The notes beneath the pieces are model-generated. The model was not told the origin of the DNA, did no database searches, and was given only the letters and a program-made list of their open reading frames with translations. The position numbers were made by a program, and so were the translations under genes. 57,620 bases of DNA, taken from the NCBI GenBank assembly GCA_003344405.1, contig NOWV01000215.1, positions 62,001 to 119,620 on the forward strand. The letters are read 5' to 3'. The first letter of the stretch is position 1. Each line of letters begins with the position of its first letter. Positions 24,014 through 37,279 of this stretch are shown piece after piece. This DNA comes from Trichoplax sp. H2. Its lineage: Eukaryota.

Positions 24014-26558
24014 CTTAATTTAGGATACTACTTATGCTTGTACTTTCTATTCTGTAGAAATGTTAGAAATTAAATACGATCATTTATTTAGTAATGGCTG
24101 TAAGTTTGTCACAGTACGAAGTACCGTGAAGAATTAAATGATTAAATTTAGCGAATTCAACATTTATTTGGTATATAGTGATTACAATTAGTTGCTTATA
24201 GTAGGAACTACTGAAGTTACAATGTGTTATAGTAAATGATATATTGTAATAGGATTCTTATATAGTAATTGAATTCGGTACAAGCAAACTATTATGTAAA
24301 ATCAGTAAGTAAGTGTCCTTATCGATAATTGCTGTTGTAAGGTGATTCATCGATGTCAGCTACTGCCGAAAGGTATATAAGCTTAGCAGCTATAGGAATA
24401 AAATCAGTTCTCTAGTTTTGTAGCGTAGAAGTAAAGGCATCTAAGTTCTTGAGAGTAGTTAAGGGAACTGATTCCTGGAAAATTTCGAAATTTGTTTTTA
24501 CGTAAATCTTGTCGTAAGCTTGCTTGCGACAAAGTTGGAGACTGAGCTACATAGAATGAGTGCAAAAGTGTTGGGATAAGAACCAATGGTATGCATGCTA
24601 CGGTTAATCCTAAGAATTGGTTACTCTCTAGATATTGTCTCGATTTTTAGTAACAAGACTTACAGAACCATTATAGATACAGTATTGTAAGGCTTAGCAG
24701 TGGAAAAGTGTATGCTTCTCCAGTTACTAGTATTAAGAATTGGTAAAACTGGTTATTAATTAGCATACGTAGAGAGAGTTTCCGAACTTATGATGTAGTA
24801 AAAATAGATTTTTAATACTGAGACGTCATAGTTGTTCTTACGATTCTGTGAGCATGTATAATTGTATTGTAATTAATGGTCTGCTATAGTTGTAGCGCAT
24901 GGACATTATTAGGTTCTTAGAATAGTTCAGTATTATGCGTTAGTATATAAAGAACTTGCTGAACTAGAAATCGAGAATTAAGTTGGTAACAACTGTGAGG
25001 ATTCTTGAAAAACAGAAAAGTTATTACATCTTGAAAGTATTGTCCTTTATTCGATTACTACTACTTTAAATCATACTACGTACTATTCCACTCTGTGGGC
25101 TGCAGAAAAAAATGTGTCATAGCCTTTAGTTAGCTACAGTAACCGTAATTAGCATTAATTCTTTTTAACTGATGTTAATGTAGCAACAATAGTAAGACTA
25201 GCCATTACAGATCTAACATTTAAATTAACAACAGTGAAGTCAGGATAGTAAAGTAGTCTTACTAAGCTTTGACTTTCTATCTTTCAAATAATAGCGTAAG
25301 CAAATTACACTTGGCTTACCTCTGACTACTTTGTAGGTACTGGAATGATTAAATTTTATTTTAATGAATCCGGATAGAGTCAGTGATGATACGCCCGTAT
25401 TAATCCTTTTTCTATTTCTAAAATTGAGAGAAAAATATAAAACATCAGTTAACAGGAATCGATTATGATAAATTGTTGGCAATACTTAGATCGTTACACA
25501 CAGTAGATTAGAAACGATTGCATCCAGTAAATAAATTTATCCTCTAAAATTGGGCTTGGACAAATTTGCTAGCATATGTAAACTCGACGTGTGGCAGTTT
25601 GCCTTAAATCTCCGTCAATATCTTGGCTTTCTGTGGAGTTCAATTTACTCTTTTCAGCGCTGTAGTAAAAATATAGAACTAGACTCAACAGTGTACTAGT
25701 GATGGAACACCGATATCACGTCGACTTTTAACTCTACTCTAATGTAGCAGTATGGCAGCTATCAGTTTTCCTGATAGTTATATCGGCATTCATTATCGTA
25801 TACAAAGGGCTAGGCTTCCTACAGATTGCACGTATAGTTATTAATAGTAAATCAAGTATTTCCAGGAGGCCTATTTGTTTCAAGCTGCATCCATGAACAA
25901 ATTCGCATTCGCTGTCTTCATCAAAACTAGGGGGTACTATAATAATTAATTATTATTGTTAACGAATAAAAACTAAATTATAGCTAAGGGTTCCATTGAT
26001 GGCGATTAACCAATCATTATCACCTCAATATTTTGATATGCAAATGAACTCAGAAAGGCTTTCTATAGCCAGGCATTAAATTAAATAAATAAAACAGTAT
26101 GACTACTACAGAAGAAATAATAGTCGAATGTTATTACATTTAGAATCATAGCTTTTATAAGCTTAGAGTTTCTATTACCCTACGCTATACGAAATATTAA
26201 AGCCATACTCTGATAGAATAACTACACATATGTCTGATATGGAATAACGGCAATCAGGCGCCATTAAATCGTGTTGTTAAGATCAAGTGACCAATAGCAC
26301 AACTACAAAGGGCGGCAAAATTAATGAGATTTAACTGACGGATTGTTCTCTCGCTATTGAAATCACTCCTATATTATACAAATTAGAATTGCTAGTATTA
26401 CAAGATAGCTGGCAAGCAGTGAATAACATTTATACTACTAAAGACTGATTTTCGAACAAAATAAGACAAGGAGCAAAGACGACCTTAAGTTCAAACTAGC
26501 TCTGGACTATGACGGTATTTCTCCTGTTTATATAACTGGATTGATGTGATATTTTTAA

Positions 26559-27398
26559 ATGGCAGAAAATTCCAATCTCGAGATAGTATCAGCTTCGTCC
26601 GATCATGTCGAATGGATCATTTCTATGGCTAGGAAAGAAGGATGGAATCCTGGTGATAATGATGCAATCGCATTTCAACAAGCTGATCCCAGTGGATATT
26701 TTGTAGGCCTTATCAATGGTAAGCCGGTGTGTTGTGTAGCTGGAGTAAAATTTAATCATATTGCTATTATTGGATACTATGTTGTTGTCAAAGAGCATCG
26801 TGGTCAAGGTCATGGCATAAGAATATTTCAACATGCAATGAACTACTTGAATGGATATAATATTCGAGTTGATGGACTACTAATTCATGCACCTAAATAT
26901 CAGAATTCTGGTTTTAAAATGGCTCATGTCAATGTTCGATATACAGGAGCTGTGGATAATAGCACAATATCTTGTCCCTTCGTTTGTGCAGCTAGTAGTG
27001 TACCATTTGATAAAATTCTGCAATACGATGCACGATTTTATGCAGATGAGAGAAAACACTTTTTAGCAGGATGGATCAATACTGGAACAACAGATTGCTT
27101 AGCTTATATGGATAAAGATACAGTGAAAGGCTTCGGAGCAATTAGAAAAAGTGTTAATGGTTATCGTGTAGGCCCACTTTACGCTGAAACAACACAAATT
27201 GCAGAAATTTTGTTAAAGTCTCTTTGTCAACACAAAAGTGATTGTAGGATTACTCTCGATTTTCCAGAAACGAATAATCATGGAAAGGCATTAGCAGAAA
27301 AGTTAAAGCTAGTCGAAGTATTTAAATTTGGAACTTTATACACTGGCGAGGCTCCTAACGTCGATTTATTGAAAATTTATAGCTTTACATGTCACTAA
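26559..27398 (+). CDS. Two-domain GNAT acyltransferase (YitH/HolE-like), copy 2, 279 aa, uninterrupted CDS, opposite orientation
   Basis: EGWNPG.NDA..F..ADPSGYFVG, EHRGQGHG, GFGAIRK...YRVGPLYAE; aligns end to end with copy 1 but stops before the terminal ELG. Confidence 0.9.
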   Translation: MAENSNLEIVSASSDHVEWIISMARKEGWNPGDNDAIAFQQADPSGYFVGLINGKPVCCVAGVKFNHIAIIGYYVVVKEHRGQGHGIRIFQHAMNYLNGYNIRVDGLLIHAPKYQNSGFKMAHVNVRYTGAVDNSTISCPFVCAASSVPFDKILQYDARFYADERKHFLAGWINTGTTDCLAYMDKDTVKGFGAIRKSVNGYRVGPLYAETTQIAEILLKSLCQHKSDCRITLDFPETNNHGKALAEKLKLVEVFKFGTLYTGEAPNVDLLKIYSFTCH

Positions 27399-30353
27399 AG
27401 ATCCTCTTAATCTACGAAAGTTGATTTGTCTAACTATCTACCTGATAGATGATAGCCTGATGGATAAATAATCGTATGTGTACACAAACTAATTTTAATA
27501 ATACCTACAGTAACAGTCAGTAGAATTATTTTATGAAAAATGCTGCTTGTACTTTAATGATGGAAATGTTTAACATGATCATATTTTATCAAGGTATGGA
27601 TAATGCGCGTATACAGCATTGTAGAGATATTGGAGGCTAAGGTTATTTATCGAGTTAGCAAAGATGAGGGTGATTAATAGCTTGTTTATCACCCAATTTG
27701 ACTTGTATGATAATATAAATAATGAGTTATTATACGGCTCCTTTTGCACAGTAATTAAAATTGGTTAACATTAAATATTCCAGATTTTACTCTATATTTA
27801 GAATGTAGTTATACTATAATAAAATTATTAGAATAGATTATCTTAATGTTTGACATTCTCTGATATTGCGCTCGTGGCCAAGATAAGATGTTTGATGTTT
27901 ATAAGAATTTGTCACTTCATAACTACCTTTAGGAATATGTGTTTCTCGTCAATGATTTGATGTACTCGTCAAGTCTGAGTAAATACTGCCGATTAGCTAC
28001 TATATGCATATTGCATGGTTTTGGAAAATGATTGAGGTAGATAAAATAAATTTAAATAAGTTAAACAAACTTAAATTGTTTAATTGGGTAAAGTCTATAT
28101 CGTCAGTTACGGCAGCAATGACGAAATAGATATCAATATATTTACCAGTATACGCTACGTTTGCGATGAAGGGTCTTCTCAAAAATAAAGCGAGCTCTAC
28201 AATTCTTGAGAATTTTACTTTATTACGTAAGTTAGGTTCTAATAACTACTAAAGACTATCTATCTGCAATTAGATTATAATTTATAATCTTACAATCTCG
28301 CATACAATTGATCAATTTTCGTACAATCTAACAACTATAGTCTTCAATGTATTTGGGGCTGTACTACAACCTTGTGACATGAAAAGTGGTTATAATCTAC
28401 TGACAAATCAATAATAAATAAGTATGAGATTAACTCTTGTAAAAATGCTATTAATAGTCTAGGGGATTCTATATTAGTAAAGAGATATGATCTATCTCGA
28501 TGGTTATAATCACTTCATGCGGCTAAAAGTATATGAAAAAATATAATATATTCGTGCTGTCTATGCCTTGTATTAGAAAAGTAGATGGCAATAGACACTA
28601 CATTGGGGTTTCGAAGAAGGCACTGCTGTACTCATTATCTTAACATGTATGGTGGTTGAAGATATTTTTGTTACCTGCCTATAAAAAAGGCTTTCAGCAG
28701 TTCTTTGCTCATTTCTCCTTTAGTGTTAGACTCCAAATAAATTGACGAAAAATCTGTAAGTACCTACTGACTTCTGACTGAATTTCAATCTTATTACAGT
28801 TTGATTTGGCTCTCTCTACTATTTCTTATAGATATACTCATAGTATCTAAATAACTAAAATTTAATTTCCATTGCTTAAACATGTAAAGATTGAACTAAA
28901 GTAATTGAAGCATAATCAAAAAGCTATAACTACCTATAACACCTGACTGAATATTTTGCTATTTATTATTTTGTTATTAATTTAAGACTTTCTCTACGAT
29001 ATTTTGTGGATATATTCGAATTATCGAAATAGAAAAATTTCATTTCCATTGCGTATTTAACATCCAATATTTCGAACTCATTCAATCATAATCCAGTCCA
29101 TCACTATAGCAAGAGATTAATGCATCGTATTAAAGTTTAGTAAATTTAGGTTCAATCCTTAATCGGTGTTTATCTGAAGGTTATAGACTACTATTACTAC
29201 TGCAATTACTATATAAAGTGCATTTGATAAGATAAACAGTCACGTTCATAAATTAATATTTATATGATGAATATATTAATCATACTTAAAGGAGGTTTAT
29301 TTATTAATACATATGCAATAGATAAATTTTTCGTTTGTTGTCAAGTTATTTCGTGATTATCTTACACAAGCTTTGAACACAGGCTAACATTGTAAGGAAT
29401 ATAGATTAATAAAGTCATTCAATGACAGGCCAAATACTTATTACCTTGTTGATATCTCATCATACTCGAAGAAAATAGTAATTTTGGAGGAAAGGGTGAA
29501 GGGGATGGATCATAAAGGGCTCAGCATGCAACATGCGATAGATAGTAACAGTGGTCGTCCAACTTTGATCTGTAATAACAAATCTCACTAGGGTAAGCCA
29601 TTGTTGTAAATCTCTAACGAGATGGAACTGAATCACTAATGTAAATCGTATTACCAGCTAGAAATGGGCAGAATAGACAGGAAACTTCATGTATATTATC
29701 ATCATAACCTTCTAATTATGATAGACAAATCTGTGTACTCTTGAAGACATCTCAGCAAATCACGTCGTTTCTCTACGCTGTAGCCTTATACAATTTTCTC
29801 CAAAGCATGAAGTTGAACAAAGAAGGTTATTTCTCCTATTAGCAAATCACCCATGGGGCATAAAACGGCCAATTCCGCTTTGAAGCTACCCTATAGGTCG
29901 CTTTTATTACGAATCCATCTGTCAAAAGTAATTTACTTTTCTTTCCCTCTTAAGAACAATTCTAAACAGCTATGATCGACCGGATAATCGACGGCAAACT
30001 TTGCCACAACAATTTCATACAACTTTTACAAAAGTGCAATCATTTACCGAACCCTTTTACAATATTCTACTCACGAATCAAGCATCCTATTCTTATACTA
30101 CTTAAAAACAGAACTACACTATATCTGGCTGCCAAATATAATTGTTTCTATACGTAGTACGAATAGCAATATGGTATTCGTAAGTTACATCATCCTATCA
30201 ACTATCATTCGTCATTACTTTACGTACAACCAACTATTAAAGGTAAACGAGCGCTTTGTTTCTTATTAATTTTACGCTTTCAGAGCACATTACCATCGCA
30301 TTCTTTATTAACTGTATTCATGAAATGCAGTCTTTCAGAATATCACGCAAGCT

Positions 30354-31205
30354 TTATCCGATTTCCAAGCAAGTAAGACCATAAACCATATTCCAATCGT
30401 ACGAAAGGGGCTGCCTGCTATACATTCTAGCAGTCTCCGATAATTTTTCCAAACGCAATTTTTCGACAAGTTTTATGGCACTTTCGTTGGGCATCGGCAC
30501 GGCCCAGTATACTTTGCAGTTTTCAAAAGATTCTACCAATGTATGAATCAAACTCTCAGCTATATCGAAACTGTCTGCATATAAAGGTCCAATTTTATAG
30601 CCATCGATAGCTTTTCGTATTGCACCAAATCCTTGAATAGTATTATTCTCATCTAAATACACTAAGCTACGATCTGTTCCTACACTGATCCATGCAGCTA
30701 GAAAATGCTTTCGAACGTCAGGAGAATGGCGTCTATCATATTGTAATAATTTATCGAATGAGACAGTTCTTGCATCAACAATATTGTCGCAAGGAATCTC
30801 TGATTTATTCACTATCCCATTATATTCCATAGTGCGATGATAAACTATGAAACCTGACTTTTCGTAACTACTGATTTGTGCAGGCTCTGCATCAAGTCCG
30901 AATAATTTTAATTCCTTGCCGGAGTGGACTGCATGGTGAAAGAGTTTCAATCCGTAGCCTCTACCACGGTGTTCCTTCAATATGATATAATATCCCCCGA
31001 ATCCACAATTCTCGTACTTAATTGCTGCTACGCAGCCGATAGGTTTTCCGTTAAGTAAGCCAATAAAGAAACCGCTCGGATCAGCGAGTTGAAAAGCGAT
31101 AGCATCTTTACATCCAGGATTCCAGCCTTCATTTTCTGCCAACTTTATAATCCAATCCATCTGTTCAGCGGAAGCGACCACAATTTTAAAATCTTGGTTA
31201 GCCAT
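30354..31205 (-). CDS. Two-domain GNAT acyltransferase (YitH/HolE-like), copy 3, 283 aa, uninterrupted CDS
   Basis: EGWNPGCKDA..F..ADPSGFFIG, EHRGRGYG, GFGAIRK...YKIGPLYAD, C-terminus YGLTCLEIG. Confidence 0.9.
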   Translation of the reverse strand: MANQDFKIVVASAEQMDWIIKLAENEGWNPGCKDAIAFQLADPSGFFIGLLNGKPIGCVAAIKYENCGFGGYYIILKEHRGRGYGLKLFHHAVHSGKELKLFGLDAEPAQISSYEKSGFIVYHRTMEYNGIVNKSEIPCDNIVDARTVSFDKLLQYDRRHSPDVRKHFLAAWISVGTDRSLVYLDENNTIQGFGAIRKAIDGYKIGPLYADSFDIAESLIHTLVESFENCKVYWAVPMPNESAIKLVEKLRLEKLSETARMYSRQPLSYDWNMVYGLTCLEIG

Positions 31206-34200
31206 CTAGCTTTTATGTTACTGCCTATGTACAGTATGCCCCTTCTAATCTTGTATTAGTGAAATAATAAAACAGTTGTCTATCAGTGACTCTGAATAGG
31301 ATCGATTTGATATGGAGTTTAAATTCAATATTTTAAAAGTTTTATCCTATCGAAATTTGAAATATATTCACAAGTTCATATCAATCTATGACGTTCCACT
31401 CTCAGTTACTTTATCATTAGAGTCATACAAGGCCTTGGTCAGCTTGCTACTATTTTAGATTTTACAATTACTATCTATGAAGTATTATTTATTTTACTGG
31501 TAGAATCCACACTGGTTAGATACTCGTATTACGTTACTTCGCGTGCTATTTGTATTTGCACTTTTTACTTTATAATTTACAAAGTTACGTACAGTAGTTA
31601 TTCACTTAATGCCAGATACTAAGTGTAATTGCAGCCTATGGTATCTACTGTGTCGGACAGAATTGCCACTATTCCAATGGCTTAAACATAATCTTTGGTA
31701 TTCTGCAGTCCTTGAGTTGGAATTCTTAAGGAAGAGAGAATAAAAAATGAAATAAACTTGACATAGCTTACCGTGGATTACTTTGTAAGTACTGAAGCCT
31801 CCTAGATTGGGTTTTATTCGGTTTTTACTACTATTCACAACGCCACTTTGTTCTTCATCAAGTGGTTTAATAGTATTAGTAGTAAACTGGCAAAGTATCA
31901 AGCTATAGTTTTCAAAAATTTTGATAAGATTAATAGTGTAATAAGAGCGATTAATCTAGACACAGACTAAATTATTTTATTAGCTTCACAGAATGCGTAT
32001 AAACTGGGTGGTGAAAGGCCGGATAGGAGGCGGTGGCACGGAATTAACGTTAATAAAAGCCATTCGCAGTGCTTTTTTGTTGTTATTTTTTATTACTTTA
32101 CTTTATCGGTTCCCTTTGATGTTTCTAGACTAAAAGGACAAAGAAACGATCAATTCTCCAGGGATGGACATTTCTATAGCAATCAATTGTAGTGAAACGG
32201 ACTGCATTAGTAATACGGAATGCTATGTCCATGTTAGATGATAGAATACAAGTACTATACAGTTTCTAAAAAGCATTCATTTACTATATAATATTTTCTG
32301 TTGTAGCGGTCATCAATATAAGTAATGTAGCCCTGGACTCCATTTTATTGAAATCGGTCATTCAAGCAGCCAAAATACTTGCATGCAAGTTTGGGTTGTG
32401 CATGTTCTTTACCATTCTTCTATTCTCGTTGACAATTTATTTTTTATTTTTAAATAAAGGATTAATAGGCAAACAAGCTGTTTAACTATTCGTAGCCTAG
32501 ATTGAAGTAATTGAATTCGCTAAGTAGCTAAGCTGAGCCTACTAGGATCATTCAGATGAAAATAAAGACAAATAACGAGGATTACGATCTCCATCTTGAA
32601 AGATTAGACTAATCGATGTAGAAAAGACAAGTTTCGAATCCCATTGAACCGTCCTAGGGATATGTGTTATACTAACTAAGCCGTTTTGAAGATTGCTTCT
32701 TTATCAATCAACCTTACTCAGACCATTTCTACTGTCATGTTATTGTTCCAACGCTTCATTAATTACTAATAATAGTATAAATGATCAAAATGGAGCTTCA
32801 AGACGTTTACTTTACTTATTAATTAGTTAGAGTGATTAGATGCGGTTATGCGTAAAAATAGAGAGCAGTATCACGTGCACTCAGTGTTTTTTTTTATGTC
32901 TAGTCGCTCATTAGTACTCAAATACAAGATATTCGCATTGCTAAAATCTAGTAAGACTTTCTCTGTTAGTATAATAATCGGAGAACTAATCCTACTTTTC
33001 ACAAATAAACAGTTTCAGAATAGCATTAACGCTAAGTTAAAAGTAATTAGTGATTAAAGGTTAAAAGTGATTATATGATTAATCTTAATTTCAGCGAGCG
33101 AACCTTTCGGAGAAGTATTCACACGGATATTAAATTAGAGGCAGATTTACAAATTTGTTAATCTTGTATATTAGCGAGATTTGCGACGTCGATTGATAGG
33201 AAAATTTGTAATTTCATTGTGCTTTTAAAGGCAGTCTTTATTAGAATACTCAAAGCAGATATTTCAGTTAAAGATCTCGCAATCACTGCGGATTAGAAAA
33301 ATATCGAGTATAGAGGTAGATTTCCCTTAATACTCTATATTATCTAAATTTCTGATATTCATTGCTATATAGCAGAGACAAATAAAAAAATGATGCTTTG
33401 CTTATTAGAGTTTATAATTTCATATTTACGAGTATTAGCTTGTTTCAGGGCAAAAACTGAATCGATTGCGTATATCTTACTATTTCATTAACAGTATTTA
33501 TTTTTACATTAATCAACATTGTATATGACGATGTAATACAACCTATTCTACTTATTGTAATTAAAGTGTAGTTTACACAAGTAATTTTAGAATAGCAGAT
33601 TTTATTATTGGTTCTCTATCGATTGAGATACTACATAGATAATAGTGCAACAAGCTCTGACTGACCAGGAACACTTCCTGCAACAGCAGATCTTAGAAAA
33701 GAAGGACTAAGAGCAACAATGACAGAAAGCGTAGCTGTTAATATGTTATCTAACTTGTTTACAACATGATAATTGCGAAAAACATAATTCAAAACATACA
33801 GAACTAAGTATAAGAATAAAATTGTATGATTAGCATCATATTCTACGAAGCTCAAATCACCATACTTGAATTATTCCAAATATTACTTATATATACCTAT
33901 TATTGTTAACTACCCTAGATTTTGGTATTATTTTTCAGTTATGTCTAATTCACTTCTACATATCATGTTGATAACAATAGCTTGTCTTACAGCTTCACTA
34001 CAGGCGAATAATGTCGACAGCACTATTGGGCTTAATCATTTCATAGTACATCTGGATATCACTTTATTGATAATAGATTAATGAACCCTATATTATTGGG
34101 TAGACAAAACATCACAGAAGTCAATAATATATTTTAAATATACAAAATGTCAGCCACAGGTTTGCATAAAGTATGGATGACCTTTCACTTACCATCAGAA

Positions 34201-34238
34201 TATAGCGTTTCGAATGAATCTAAGGCTATAAATAAAAT

Positions 34239-35096
34239 TCATCCAATTTCCAACGAAGAGACTGCATAAACAGAGTTCACATCGTATGTGAAGGGCCGAT
34301 TGAGATACATTCTTACAGTATTCAACGTTGCTTGTAATTGTAATTTTTCGATAAGTTTCATAGCACTTTCGTTAGGCGTTGGTATATCTATCATTACCTT
34401 ACAATTTTCGAACGTTGCTGTCAAACCGTAAATTAAACGTTCAGCTATATCCATACTTTGTGCATATAAAGGTGCAATTTTATAACCATCAACAGCTTTA
34501 CGAATGGCACCAAATCCTTGAATATCTCTGTTACTATCCAAATAGACAAAAGCACGATCTGTTCCTACATTTAGACACGCAGCAAGAAAGTATTTTCGGC
34601 GATCGGGAGAGTGACGTGCATCGTACTCTAAAAGTTTCTCAAATGGGACTTTCTTGGCATCAACGATATTACGGCAATGAGTTTGCAGTTTGTCAACTAT
34701 TCCAACATATCGCGTAGTATGATGGAAGGCTTTAAAACCAAGGTGTGCATAAATATCTGCATCACAAGTCAGTGTATCATATCCTGAAGTTTTGAAATCC
34801 TTGACGTAATTATACACATGCTGAAATAGCTTCTTTCCATAGCCTTTACCGCGATGCTCTTTTAATACCATTTGATTTCCCCAGAAAATAGAATTTTCAT
34901 ACTTCATTCCCGATACACAGCCGATAGTTTCTCCATTTAGCAACCCGACATAGAAACCTGTTGGATCAGCTAATTGATAAGTTATTGCATCGTTTTGTCC
35001 AGGATTGCGACCTCGAATCGCTCTCATCTTCATAATCCATTCCATATCGGCGAAGGAAGCCGTCACAATTTTGAATTCCTTTCTAGCCACGTTCAT
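34239..35096 (-). CDS. Two-domain GNAT acyltransferase (YitH/HolE-like), copy 4, 285 aa, uninterrupted CDS
   Basis: GRNPG.NDA..Y..ADPTGFYVG, EHRGKGYG, GFGAIRK...YKIAPLYA, C-terminus YAVSSLEIG. Confidence 0.9.
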   Translation of the reverse strand: MNVARKEFKIVTASFADMEWIMKMRAIRGRNPGQNDAITYQLADPTGFYVGLLNGETIGCVSGMKYENSIFWGNQMVLKEHRGKGYGKKLFQHVYNYVKDFKTSGYDTLTCDADIYAHLGFKAFHHTTRYVGIVDKLQTHCRNIVDAKKVPFEKLLEYDARHSPDRRKYFLAACLNVGTDRAFVYLDSNRDIQGFGAIRKAVDGYKIAPLYAQSMDIAERLIYGLTATFENCKVMIDIPTPNESAMKLIEKLQLQATLNTVRMYLNRPFTYDVNSVYAVSSLEIG

Positions 35097-37279
35097 TGCT
35101 AATATTTTCTTTGCTTGAACGTCCTAAGAAAGCATTTCTAATAACATTTTTTGGCTTGATATGAACTTAAAATTACAAGAGGCGTTTGCAAGACATATGT
35201 TGATTAAATAAATAAAGGCTGTTAAGCATGAATTTAATAGTCAATTATTAAAGGAAAGGTAAACGTTGATTATTTTAGTTACAATATTGCTATTGCTAAG
35301 AATTGAGTTGTAAATTGCGTCGTTGTAAAATTTACTCTTAACGACATTGACATAGGATTGAATCACTAAATAAATAATAGGCACGTGTTTTAGTTCGAAA
35401 TATAAAATAATCATAGACATATTGAATAACTTTGCGCACTAATTTAGTAACAACGTACATGCAGAGTTTCCAGATTCTGTATAGATATTTAGTTCGTCCC
35501 TTAGAGTTGGAACGACTAATCAGCTTTATCCAATAGTTACTGGCATATGATTTGAACTAACGAAAGGGAACGTCCTTTGCATTTTTGTACATTCCTCTAT
35601 TTTACTTCTCAGATATGACAAAATCGTACGATTAATGTAGTATTATTACGATCTCTAGCATGATTATAACACTTAAATATGCATATAAATAATTAAGAAC
35701 TAGCGACTGCTAAAAAAAGATTTAGAGTAGAGTAATCAACATCTTTGATTATAATAAATGGGGTAACATAGATAAGGCTCCAATTATTTTAGCGTTTACA
35801 CGGATAAAATCCTAATAGGATGAAACATTATCGTGCAGCAGCTTTGAAAGCATCTTGAAAACAGTGATACTCTGGTAGCTTCTACTTTAATTTCCGTAGA
35901 CAACATATTCATACATACTCTTCGGTCATTTCTGCTATATTTATCATGAGATTCACGTCGTTGAGAGTATGCTAAAACTTCAAGCATTACTACGTAATGT
36001 TCTATAGAAGATTATCTTATTTCAGAAAAACCAATATCTATCCACTGTATTACGAGGTAGTGGTCAGCGACAGTGCAACAAAAAAATTGAAGATCCAAAA
36101 CCCTTTCTAAAAGCTGTTAAAACCTCCAAGTATAGCTCATCTTACTAAATATCCATAGATGGTACTCTCAATTTTGTAAGCTTTATTATCCTGTTTATAT
36201 GATACATAGTGCTTTTTAATAGGTTGCGGAGTGGGTCATTTAAGTGTTGTAAATTTCTTGCAGAAGCCCAGTCAGCTCTAAATTAAATTGATGTACTTTT
36301 CTTTACGGATTCCATTGCTTTTTTTGGTCCAACTCTTACATCGATGCGAATGTTTTATTTTCAAAATTTTCATTTACAATCAAACAGTACTTAGTTAGCA
36401 TTAAAAATTTATATATAGGACCCTGAATTTGAATGAATCATATTATAAGCTATGTTTGAAAGCAATTTTGTGGACAGAAATATTCATTCTCGATGCCGTT
36501 AATACGATACCAAAGCCATAGTAGTTTTTGTAGAGGCTATGATATGATACCGTGTTTTATGAACCAATTAGAACTGTAAAGAATGGTAGGTACAGTGCGC
36601 TATACCTTGTGATGAAGCATAGTACAGCATATAGCTCTTCAGTAGTTCATAATTATTGTTACAAGTTGGAGAAGTTCGGGCGAAATATTTTTGGCATAAA
36701 AATACAAATAGTGCTGTTTTTCCTACGTCAATATTTGGATATTTAGTGAACTCAGTGATATTACTTATTTTACTTCTAGATTCCTTTCCATCGAATACCA
36801 ACTTATTGCATATTTTGAGTATCCATTTTATCTGATCTAGTCTGTACGTTCACTGTCGCAGCCGATTGCATGTTAATGTAGATACCCAACTTAGATTTTC
36901 GTGCTAGAAATCATGTTTGTAAATCTTCAAATGTATCATAAAACAGTAAATCTATTTTGAATTTCAATCGTTGCCGTGAATCAAATCGATATTAATCGCT
37001 ACTTCACAACTGCTAAATCTACTTCATCATTTTATCATTCAAATAAATTTCATGTGACTATTATTCTTCTAGTAAGTATATTTATTGTTATCACTAAAAA
37101 CGAGAAAGAGGGACTGTTACACTCGTTGCTGTTCCACTAGCACATGTAAACTTATCTTTCTTCTCGTCCTCTACGAGATTCATATGATTCATAAGTGTAT
37201 CGATACGAACCGAAATAAACCTAATCACAGATAGTCATATAACTACTCCTGAAAATGTATGAGACACGTAGACTAATAC

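Noticed and set aside
33631..34081. Hydrophobic short ORFs between GNAT copies 3 and 4
   Set aside because: Non-ATG starts, no recognisable motif and no consistent splice structure; typical of AT-rich intergenic DNA.
23162..35096. GNAT genes as bacterial contamination or an operon
   Set aside because: Multi-kb AT-rich spacers, mixed orientation, no other bacterial genes, and gap-free contiguity with the spliced GART gene.
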